DNA of 58,206 nucleotides from a virus: IMG/VR virus record IMGVR_UViG_3300045988_060089; one strand, 5' to 3'. Shown piece by piece: positions 41,374 to 49,282 of this stretch (position 1 is its first letter; each line of letters starts with the position of its first letter). The notes under the pieces were generated by a model. It saw only the letters and a program-made list of their open reading frames with translations, ran no database searches and was not told where the DNA came from. The position numbers and the translations under genes were made by a program.

Positions 41374-41836
41374 CCTTTCTTTGCGATTGTGGAGTTTTTC
41401 TTTGCGATTGCGAAGATTTCAACTGCTCAATCTTTTGTTCCAGTTCATCGAAACGCTTCATAAATACCGCTGTGGCTTCGTCTGATAGGTCAAATTTCGC
41501 CTTTTCTGTGTCTGACGGTAAATTGTTAGGGTCTGCATCTAAAACAGGCTTGTAAAGCCTTGTATAGATTTTCCCATCTGCTCCCCAGGATTTAGCATAG
41601 ATCTCCGACAGGTCCTGTTTTGGGAAAAATGCTGTGTTTCCATCCATAGGAACCTCATTCGGTGCTATGCACTCTTGCGCAGGTACAATACGTCCGTACA
41701 TCTGTACTGCGTTTTGCTGTGGCTGTTGCATAAACTGCTGTGGTTGGAATTGTTCCTGTTGTGGCATAAACTGTCCGTACATAGGTGTTCTATACTGCGG
41801 ATTGAAATAGTTCGGATTCATAATCGGCTGCGGCAT
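41357..41836 (-). CDS. Protein with Gln/Pro/Phe/Tyr-rich N-terminal tract
   Basis: MPQPIMNPNYFNPQYRTPMYGQFMPQQEQFQPQQFMQQPQQ then a globular and coiled-coil part. Confidence 0.6.
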   Translation of the reverse strand: MPQPIMNPNYFNPQYRTPMYGQFMPQQEQFQPQQFMQQPQQNAVQMYGRIVPAQECIAPNEVPMDGNTAFFPKQDLSEIYAKSWGADGKIYTRLYKPVLDADPNNLPSDTEKAKFDLSDEATAVFMKRFDELEQKIEQLKSSQSQRKTPQSQRKDDADA

Positions 41837-41889
41837 GGCTGTTCTCCCTTTCTTCCATTGATTCTATCTGTTTCGCAATTTCAACTTCA

Positions 41890-42078
41890 TCAAGTGTCTG
41901 ATATGTTGGCTTGTTCATAAGTCCCAACGGACTGAAATTCATAAGCATTACCCGTTTCTCCTAAAACTTCCTCGATCACATGAACCATGATTGATTGATA
42001 CTTAATCGGAACTTCCCTTGTACGTTCTTTGCTGAATATATGTTCCAGTGTTTCATCAGAAAATTTGAATTTTCCCAT
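41890..42078 (-). CDS. Small hypothetical protein, first gene of the cargo block
   Basis: aaggaggg SD before MGKFKFSDETLEH. Confidence 0.55.
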   Translation of the reverse strand: MGKFKFSDETLEHIFSKERTREVPIKYQSIMVHVIEEVLGETGNAYEFQSVGTYEQANISDT

Positions 42079-42112
42079 AAGGTCATCCCTCCTTATGATT
42101 AAATTTTGGCAT

Positions 42113-42134
42113 AAAAAAAGACGGTCTACCCGTC
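42113..42134 (-). terminator. Rho-independent terminator between attP and the cargo block
   Basis: The minus strand reads gacgg-gtaga-ccgtc followed by ttttttt. Confidence 0.75.
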
Positions 42135-42204
42135 ATGTATCCGTCACATTTCATTCACTATAAAATTATTGGAATCTTTGCAAAAAACTCCTTTCGTTTT
42201 AGGC

Positions 42205-42389
42205 TTGACTACTATTTTGACTACTATCCGACTACCCGTTGCCCGGGAATGCCCATTTTATCAGCTTTTTCGAGTGGAAGCAAGGGGGCTCGAACCCCAC
42301 TCTATTCCTCTTACTTTCCGCATATTTACTGGCTTTCTAGGTGTTTTTTGTTGATTACTTTTGACTACTTTCGCAAAAATAGTAGTCAA
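42205..42389. other. Putative attP: tRNA 3-prime-end-like core (42275-42300) flanked by TTGACTACT arm-type repeats
   Basis: The minus strand reads tggggTTCGAGCcccct-tgcttcc-a (T arm plus acceptor 3-prime strand, no matching 5-prime half). ttgactact at 42205, 42217, 42361; variants at 42228, 42351; inverted copy at 42381. Confidence 0.6.
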
Positions 42390-42390
42390 A

Positions 42391-43611
42391 TCACCTTGCC
42401 TGTAAATCTGGTATGCTACTCAAAATAGACGATTTCTTTTCAATGGTTTTCCTGTTCCTATGATAGTGTATTTCTGATGTCATGATATCTGTATGCCCCA
42501 TCTGATCCATGACAAGTCTCTTATCCACATTGTTATCCATAAGAATAGTTCCATATGTCTTTCTTACTTTGTGCGGTGGCTTTGGATAAATTTTCAATTT
42601 CCTGCAAAGCCTTTTTTGCCTTTGTCTAACCGCCTGTGCAGTAATCCTAATATCGTTTTTTGTAAAAATGTAATCTCCAAATGGATTCATGTACTTTATT
42701 TTATCGCAAATCCATACATAATCATTCGGTATAATTGCTGTTCTGATTCCTGCTTTGGTTTTAGGATACTCTTTTACTTCAACAACATTGTTTCCGCTTT
42801 CGTCTTTATACTTCGTTTCTGTCCTGCGAACGTTAAAAGTATTATCAGAAAAATCGGAATGTCTTAATGTTACAACTTCTCCGATACGTACACCAGTTAA
42901 AAACATAAGCAATATAGCAACATTAGAAGTATCAAGGTGGCTGACAAGATACTTAATCATTACATCAGTTTCATATTCGTCGAATACTTCTTCATAGTCT
43001 TCTTTTATTACTTTTTTAAAATCACTATCAGATACGTCAAGATTATCAAACAGTTCTACGATATTAAAATCAATAAGTTTGCGTTTTTTCGCTCTTTTAA
43101 GAAATGTTCTTGTAATTCCTTTTAGACCGGAAAATGATTTAGGTGTCAACTCTTTATCGGCAATTTCTTCCTCTAAAAAATCCCCCCATTCATCTTCTGA
43201 TATTGATTTTATTCTTCGCTTTCCCAACTCTCCATAGTGTCTGAGAAAATATCTCTCGTCTCTGTCGTATGTTGCTTTACATATCTTTTTAAGAGACAAT
43301 CTCCGGTCTTCACATTCGTAAAACACTTCTGTAACTGTTGGATTTTGCTCTTTTTGGTAGTAAAACTCAATAACTTCTTCTTTGAGATCTTCCTCGCTTT
43401 TCTTTTTTACAAGTCTCCTTCCTTTTTCTTCATCTGGCAAATAAGTTCTCCAGTATCCGTCTTTTCCTTTGTTGATTGCGTATTGGTGTTTCTTCAGATA
43501 CTCATCTTTCTTTTTCATTTCAATGCTTTTTTGCAAAGATTCCGTGTCAATCATACCATTGCTAACGGCATATTGCAATATTTCCATATCAGAAAGTTCC
43601 AAATCTATCAC
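42391..43611 (-). CDS. int: Tyrosine integrase
   Basis: C-terminal HKVRKTYGTILMDNNV..VMDQMGHTDIMTSEIHYHRNRK (R..HxxR..Y). N-terminal KGKDGYWRTYLPDEEKGRRL arm-binding-type region. Start is GTG 43611 or ATG 43587. Confidence 0.9.
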   Translation of the reverse strand: MIDLELSDMEILQYAVSNGMIDTESLQKSIEMKKKDEYLKKHQYAINKGKDGYWRTYLPDEEKGRRLVKKKSEEDLKEEVIEFYYQKEQNPTVTEVFYECEDRRLSLKKICKATYDRDERYFLRHYGELGKRRIKSISEDEWGDFLEEEIADKELTPKSFSGLKGITRTFLKRAKKRKLIDFNIVELFDNLDVSDSDFKKVIKEDYEEVFDEYETDVMIKYLVSHLDTSNVAILLMFLTGVRIGEVVTLRHSDFSDNTFNVRRTETKYKDESGNNVVEVKEYPKTKAGIRTAIIPNDYVWICDKIKYMNPFGDYIFTKNDIRITAQAVRQRQKRLCRKLKIYPKPPHKVRKTYGTILMDNNVDKRLVMDQMGHTDIMTSEIHYHRNRKTIEKKSSILSSIPDLQAR

Positions 43612-43810
43612 CTTCTAACCGCTTAAGTTTATTTTTTATAGACCTTACTCTTCTTTCTACAGTAGTTACAGAAATGGAATGTCTAAAGGATATTTCTTTT
43701 TGAGAAATTCCTTTAGACAAATCCCAAAACACTTTCTCTTCCTCTTCCGTGAAATTGGCGTTACGGAAGATTTCTTCAAGTTCTGGCTTAGTCAGTTTTG
43801 ACAACTTCAT
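43589..43810 (-). CDS. Small sigma70 region-4/LuxR-type HTH protein (regulator or RDF candidate)
   Basis: FTEEEEKVFWDLSKGISQKEISFRHSISVTTVERRVRSIKNKL. Confidence 0.5.
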   Translation of the reverse strand: MKLSKLTKPELEEIFRNANFTEEEEKVFWDLSKGISQKEISFRHSISVTTVERRVRSIKNKLKRLEGDRFGTF

Positions 43811-43838
43811 AAGCCATTCTCCTTCGCTAAATTTCAGT

Positions 43839-44726
43839 TTACCTATCGAACATACTCATCTGTCCGGGTATGTCGTTGCTCTGCATCCACCATAAATATA
43901 CTTCCTCTCCGCACGTCCACTTTGTGTTCTTTCCTCGGAATCTCCTCATTTCAAGCATCCGATCAAATGCTCTTATATACGCAGTTTTATATTTGGGGAA
44001 ATCATATATTTCCCGTTCTCTCTGACATTTTTTTGCCAGAGGACAGGCTATACACCCAAGTCTATCGTATCCCCAGGAATACATCTCACAAACCGGTATA
44101 TTTTCGCCATTGATAACGTTCCATATATCCACTGCTTTCCAGTCAATAATTGGATTAACTACAGTTTTAGCTTTCATCTGGCAGTTTTCAAATAACCGTC
44201 TCGTATCGTCATTGTCTGTTATAAGCATTTTTTCATCAGAAACACCTATGCTTTTATTCGCTGTCTTTCCGAGGACTTCAAATGCACTCCTACTGCTTCT
44301 CGCCGAGCTTTCTTCCCATCTAACACCAGTGGCAATCATCCGGTTCGCATTTCCACCTTCTTTCAATTCTGAACAGCAATACCGAACAACCCTCGTTGGT
44401 GGCATCAGCTTCATAGGAATCAAATTCCACATTGTCACTCGCTGTCCGTTTCCCTTATCATGATAATCTACAGTACACTTAACACCTTTCAATTCTAATC
44501 TTCTGAGTGTTTCTCTTATATGGTAGACCGTAGGTGGCGCATCTACTGTGGTATGTGAATTGTGAACCTCAAACGGTATTCCGCTTTGCTCAAACACCCA
44601 CAGTAATGCGTCCGAATCTTTTCCTCCCGAATACTCGCAAACAAGCGGTTTCCCATAATGTGATATGGACATTTCACTTGCCAGTCTCACACGATCTATT
44701 GATCTCTTAATAAAATCTTCCAACAC
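43839..44726 (-). CDS. PAPS reductase-family PP-loop ATP pyrophosphatase (phage type)
   Basis: VCEYSGGKDSDALLWV (SGGKDS PP-loop). C-terminal RLGCIACPLAKKC Cys pair. Confidence 0.75.
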   Translation of the reverse strand: MLEDFIKRSIDRVRLASEMSISHYGKPLVCEYSGGKDSDALLWVFEQSGIPFEVHNSHTTVDAPPTVYHIRETLRRLELKGVKCTVDYHDKGNGQRVTMWNLIPMKLMPPTRVVRYCCSELKEGGNANRMIATGVRWEESSARSSRSAFEVLGKTANKSIGVSDEKMLITDNDDTRRLFENCQMKAKTVVNPIIDWKAVDIWNVINGENIPVCEMYSWGYDRLGCIACPLAKKCQREREIYDFPKYKTAYIRAFDRMLEMRRFRGKNTKWTCGEEVYLWWMQSNDIPGQMSMFDR

Positions 44727-44999
44727 ACCACACTACATTTATCCGTGTGGTAAATTTACAATCTGCCTTGTAGTCTTTGGGAGTTATTACCGCTTGCCGT
44801 TAGCATTTTCTGGGGCGATACCTAAGCAGCGTGTTAATAGCTGCTATTTCTCAGGCGAACCATGACATTCCATTCTGGCATTTATCAATTTTTACAACCC
44901 GGATTCTGATTCCGGGAAACCTCGTTTCACGAGGATAAGTGTTATTCCTTTCTTCTATCTATCACTACTTGCTCCTTTGCTAAATCCTAAGTTACATAC

Positions 45000-45377
45000 T
45001 TAATTTCTTACCTTATCCAAGTACTCCTTGCATTTCCAATACACTTCCGGATCAAATTCTTTCCGCTCATGCTCATATGCGCTGTAATCTGCCGAACTGC
45101 ATCCGGCAATCTGTGCCATCTTAAACATGGACACTTTCGCATCTTTTCTGAGTGCTGCAATGTAGCCTGCATACATCCCTTTGTCTCCGTTGGCTAACTG
45201 TATTCTTGCCATTTCCTGAATATCTTTCGATGCAGATGCTTCCATTATTTGCTTTATTTCACATTCTTCGTTGTGGCAATCATAAAGGCAACCGCGGATT
45301 CCATTCTTGCCATCGAAAAAGCCAACCCCATATTTCGTTGGTTCCTTGCAATCATTACATTTTGCATTTATAACCAT
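45000..45377 (-). CDS. Cys-rich N-terminal / HTH-like C-terminal protein
   Basis: CNDC..C..CHNEEC, then VSMFKMAQIAGCSSADYSAYEHERKE (XRE-like helix-turn-helix by eye). Confidence 0.5.
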   Translation of the reverse strand: MVINAKCNDCKEPTKYGVGFFDGKNGIRGCLYDCHNEECEIKQIMEASASKDIQEMARIQLANGDKGMYAGYIAALRKDAKVSMFKMAQIAGCSSADYSAYEHERKEFDPEVYWKCKEYLDKVRN

Positions 45378-45440
45378 CTCACTTCATCTCCTTCTTATTT
45401 CCCCCGTATTACCGTGGGATTTTAACTTGCTTTTGAATTA

Positions 45441-45542
45441 TTGAGTGGAACTAAAATAGAAACTCAAATTTTTAATTAAATTTTTCACTTTTTAACTCAA
45501 ATTTTGAGTTACTATTTCACTTTTGAGTTGCTTTTTTCACTT
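45441..45542. promoter_or_regulatory. Operator-like repeats: AACTCAA/TTGAGTT (one perfect palindrome) and TTTCACTT x3
   Basis: ttgagt 45441, aactcaa 45461, aactcaaattttgagtt 45494-45510, ttgagtt 45524. tttcac(t)t at 45483, 45515, 45535. Confidence 0.55.
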
Positions 45543-45543
45543 C

Positions 45544-46917
45544 CTACGCAAACCGGAGTTGCCCGGTCTGCTCTGCTTCTATTCTCATGTTCGGTGTACG
45601 CTCTCCTATTCGGAGATCACTGCAGTTTGCAGATACCAGTGCTTCTGCCATAACCGGCACTACGCTGTTACCTATCCTTGCCACTCGCTCCACAATAGGA
45701 TATGTTTTTCCTGCAATATCTCTGTCAATGATATAATCCTCGGGAAATCCCTGCATCAGTTTCAATTCTTCCGGCTTCAGCATCCGCAGAAAAATGTCTT
45801 TTATAACATATTGCTCTCCGTCAATCTCAATCAGAACATTCACCAGTCCGAACCGATCCTTTGTGGTAATGGTTCCTAGTGGCTTGTCCAATGTCTGTCC
45901 GCACCCGGTTCCGTAATACTTAACCAAAAACGCAGATACAAGTCCGAAATGTCCAGGGGAAGTGGTGATCGTATGCAGTGGCTCGTCACACCCCTGTCCG
46001 ATCCCAGTCTTATAAAATTTTGTGACAAATGCGGTTACCAATCCGTACCGGTTGCTGGTATCAATAGTCTTGATAGGATCCGTAAGGAATTGTCCCCGGG
46101 AATCCCCCTGCCTGGTTTCACCGTGATACTGGATGATAAATGCCAGTGCATCCTTACTTTTGACGATATACGGATGTGGATTATTAATTATGTACTTTTT
46201 CACACCATTACCGATTCTGTCCATTGTAGCCGCCGCCAGTGGCTTCTTACGCTCAAATATGGATGTTCCAAGATCAGACCAGTCAATATAGTCACCGCAT
46301 TCTTTCCATCTCGGTAGCAGTATCCCATCTTTACTGTATGTAGGTGCTGGCCAGACGATTTTATTTCCATCCCGCCGGAAAATTGCATACCATCTTTTCC
46401 GTGTCGTAGGTGCCCCATAATCCGCAGCCACAAGTTCCCGACTATCGAAATCATATCCAAGAGAGGTCATTGCTGTAATAAACTTACGGTAGTCCTCTCC
46501 CCTGCGTTCTGGTATCGGGTGACCGTCTGCATCCAGCGGACCCCACTGTTGTATCTCTTCAACATTCTCCATGATGATTACATCTGGCAGTAGCACTTTT
46601 GCGTGCTTGTACACCGCCCAGGGAAGTATTCGCAATCCTTTTTTGCGTGGTTGCCCGCCCTTTGCTTTGCTATGGCTTGTACAGTCAGGTGATGCCCACA
46701 TCAGAGCCACATGGCGATCTCCAACATATTTTTGCAAATCTACCTTAAAAATATCCTCTGTCAGATGCAATGTGTCAGGGTGGTTTACCATGTGCATCCG
46801 TATAGCCTGCGGATCGTGGTTTACGGCAATGTCAACAGATCTTCCAAGTGCCATTTCTATTCCTACGCTTGCTCCGCCGCCACCGGCAAAGCAGTCAATG
46901 ATAATGTTATTTTTCAT
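45544..46917 (-). CDS. DNA (cytosine-5)-methyltransferase
   Basis: Motif I IIDCFAGGGGAS, motif IV ASPDCTSHS, motif VI IIMENV, motif IX LMQGFP, motif X IGNSVVP. Confidence 0.9.
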   Translation of the reverse strand: MKNNIIIDCFAGGGGASVGIEMALGRSVDIAVNHDPQAIRMHMVNHPDTLHLTEDIFKVDLQKYVGDRHVALMWASPDCTSHSKAKGGQPRKKGLRILPWAVYKHAKVLLPDVIIMENVEEIQQWGPLDADGHPIPERRGEDYRKFITAMTSLGYDFDSRELVAADYGAPTTRKRWYAIFRRDGNKIVWPAPTYSKDGILLPRWKECGDYIDWSDLGTSIFERKKPLAAATMDRIGNGVKKYIINNPHPYIVKSKDALAFIIQYHGETRQGDSRGQFLTDPIKTIDTSNRYGLVTAFVTKFYKTGIGQGCDEPLHTITTSPGHFGLVSAFLVKYYGTGCGQTLDKPLGTITTKDRFGLVNVLIEIDGEQYVIKDIFLRMLKPEELKLMQGFPEDYIIDRDIAGKTYPIVERVARIGNSVVPVMAEALVSANCSDLRIGERTPNMRIEAEQTGQLRFA

Positions 46918-47636
46918 GGCATCACCTCCGGCATAAAATCAGATAATCGCATTTGTGCCATTTCTGCATCTAATCTCTTTTTGGACAAATCATAATAATG
47001 TTTGTCCAGTTCAAAGCCAACATATGGATGGTTGGTTCTGTAGCAGGCTATCAAGCTGCTGGCACTGCCTACATGTGTGTCCAAGATAATGTCTCCGGGC
47101 TTTGCATAGCGGTTTAGGAGCCATTCATATAGTGCTACCGGCTTTTGTGTAGGGTGGATACGCTTTTCATTCAACTCCTTATTCCCCTGCTGAATAGTTC
47201 CTTCAGTAATGGACTTTCCCTGGAACATTCCACGCCACATATACCGGAATATGTCTATCCTTTTAGTCAGACTGCAGAATGCCACCTCTGCATCCGACTG
47301 GTCAGAACCATCATTGCATTTATCCCATACAATAAGACCACCAGCCAAAGTAAAATCAAAGTAATTGCATCCCCATATAATCTGATTTTTGGATACCCGA
47401 AACAATTCCTCGAAGTATTCCCTAGAGGGTGGCTCATTGTCCCACCCTCTGTTTTCGTACTGTCCGTCCTTTACATATGTTTTTGTTCCATTTTTCTGCT
47501 TAACATATGTATTCCTATTTTTGCCACCATGCTCATGTAAGCCATACGGTGGATCCACAATCGCAAGGTCAAAGTAACCATCCGGGAACTCTTTCATCCC
47601 ATCCATGCAATCCATGTTGTAATATCCAAAATCCAT
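46914..47636 (-). CDS. DNA N6-adenine methyltransferase (beta-class, DPPY)
   Basis: LAIVDPPYGL near the N-terminus. IILDTHVGSASSLIACY (motif I-like) near the C-terminus. Confidence 0.8.
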   Translation of the reverse strand: MDFGYYNMDCMDGMKEFPDGYFDLAIVDPPYGLHEHGGKNRNTYVKQKNGTKTYVKDGQYENRGWDNEPPSREYFEELFRVSKNQIIWGCNYFDFTLAGGLIVWDKCNDGSDQSDAEVAFCSLTKRIDIFRYMWRGMFQGKSITEGTIQQGNKELNEKRIHPTQKPVALYEWLLNRYAKPGDIILDTHVGSASSLIACYRTNHPYVGFELDKHYYDLSKKRLDAEMAQMRLSDFMPEVMP

Positions 47637-48493
47637 TACGGCATCACCCCCGGAATATCCTCAAAACTAATCTGATTATCTCTTTCAAAGACAATCATCT
47701 CATTTTTGGCTCTCTGATAAAAGTTGCGGTCAATCTCAAATCCGAATGCACTTCTCCCAATCTCTGCGGCTGCTCTTAAGGTACTACCGCTGCCACAGCA
47801 AGGATCAATCACTACATCACCGGGATCTGTAAAAATCTCTATCAGTTTTTTCAACACCGCTACCGGCTTCTGTGCCGGATGGATTTTCGGAATATCTTTT
47901 CCGTCTTTCTCCCAACTGAACCAGTTAAAAATCATTTTCCCAGTGCCACGGATCGTCTTTCCGTCCTCGTCAACCCTTGCACCGTTCCGGAACTTCGGCA
48001 GCTTTTCACGGTAGAACACAAGAGCATATTCAGTAGCACCAACCACACGCATATTTGCCTTAAGCACCTGCGGACTGTAATTTTTAACAAATACTAGCGG
48101 TATGTAATGGACGAATCCATGTTTATATGCGGCATCAATCAGCGTAGGCATCTGTTCAAAAGAGCAGAACACGATCATGCAAGGACTGTTGCTACTTCTT
48201 CCCCTGGTAACGCTATTCTTGTCTTCCTTTTTCAGCATCTTTGAGCAGAAATGGAAATACTCATACAGATTGAAGTTGAAATCAGAATTGAATGCTGCCT
48301 TTCCTGCAAGTTTGCTTTCACCGTTCTTGTTATCCCCACCGTTGTACCACATAGGGTTACTGCCGTAGAAATTCTTGCCGACATTATACGGGACATCGGC
48401 AATGATAAGCTGTGCCGGAGGTATGGCATATTTCTTATAGTTCTGCATTGAATCTCTGTAAATCTCACATTTTAATTTTTTCATTTTTTTCAA
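47636..48493 (-). CDS. DNA amino-methyltransferase (beta-class, N6A or N4C)
   Basis: IIADVPYNVG (motif IV variant) at the N-terminus. VVIDPCCGSGSTLRAA (motif I) at the C-terminus. Confidence 0.8.
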   Translation of the reverse strand: MKKMKKLKCEIYRDSMQNYKKYAIPPAQLIIADVPYNVGKNFYGSNPMWYNGGDNKNGESKLAGKAAFNSDFNFNLYEYFHFCSKMLKKEDKNSVTRGRSSNSPCMIVFCSFEQMPTLIDAAYKHGFVHYIPLVFVKNYSPQVLKANMRVVGATEYALVFYREKLPKFRNGARVDEDGKTIRGTGKMIFNWFSWEKDGKDIPKIHPAQKPVAVLKKLIEIFTDPGDVVIDPCCGSGSTLRAAAEIGRSAFGFEIDRNFYQRAKNEMIVFERDNQISFEDIPGVMP

Positions 48494-48544
48494 GGAGACC
48501 GCATATGCTTCACTCTGGCCAGAGTCTCGGCTCCTTTCTTGATT

Positions 48545-48715
48545 TTATCTAACTATTGTTTCACTCTGTTCCTTGTACTGTCTCCCTGCCATCTGCACCA
48601 GATAATGCTGTAAGGCTTCTGCGACGCTGATACGGTGCTTTACGCAGTATCGGTCAACGTAACGCTTAAAGTCCTCATTCTGCTCGTACAGGGCGGTGTA
48701 ATCAATGTTCTGCAT
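48545..48715 (-). CDS. Small hypothetical protein (56 aa)
   Basis: MQNIDYTALYEQNEDFKRYVDRYCVKHRISVAEALQHYLV..; below the track cutoff. Confidence 0.4.
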   Translation of the reverse strand: MQNIDYTALYEQNEDFKRYVDRYCVKHRISVAEALQHYLVQMAGRQYKEQSETIVR

Positions 48716-48980
48716 CTACTCCACCGCCTTTCACAATCTGGATTGCATCGTCCATATTGACCACCAAATCACCGCCCATTCCGGTATCACAGCCAAATCT
48801 ATCAAAAGATGCATCCAACAGCTGATCTAAAACCTTGTCCGGGTCATAGGCGGTCGGTTCTCTATCAATAAATACCATCAGTTCACCCACTGGCACCAAA
48901 TCGGTATTTTTCCCGTTCTGCTTCTTGATTACCTCTTCAATATGTTTTTTCAACACATCCGCTTCAATCAGTCGTCTCAT
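48702..48980 (-). CDS. Hypothetical protein
   Basis: Internal start MRRLIEADVLKKH overlapping the stop of the Lar-like ORF. Confidence 0.5.
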   Translation of the reverse strand: MRRLIEADVLKKHIEEVIKKQNGKNTDLVPVGELMVFIDREPTAYDPDKVLDQLLDASFDRFGCDTGMGGDLVVNMDDAIQIVKGGGVDAEH

Positions 48981-49137
48981 CGTTCGCCCTCCTGTTCCAT
49001 GCTTCAATCAGCTTTTCTTCATTGTAATCTTCTTTCAACATCATCATTCTTCCACAATTCATGCATTTTACGTAAAATTCGCATAAAATAGCACTTTTTT
49101 TCTTACATGATGGACACGGCTTAAGTTCTTCGCTCAT
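48964..49137 (-). CDS. Lar-family restriction-alleviation-like Zn-ribbon protein (57 aa)
   Basis: MSEELKPCPSCKKKSAILCEFYVKCMNCGRMMMLKEDYNEEKLIEAWNRRAND: LKPCPxC...C..CG...AWNRR pattern. Not in the ORF track (<60 aa). Confidence 0.55.
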   Translation of the reverse strand: MSEELKPCPSCKKKSAILCEFYVKCMNCGRMMMLKEDYNEEKLIEAWNRRANDETTD

Positions 49138-49282
49138 CTCCTACCTCTTTTCTTTCTGCTCAACAATGAGCCATACTGATACGGAGACATATCGGGAATT
49201 TCTCTTTTTCCCATTCCTTTTTTGTAATAAAAACTTCCGTTTTTCTTCGTTTACTGCTTTTTAAATTCATAGGATAAATCAT

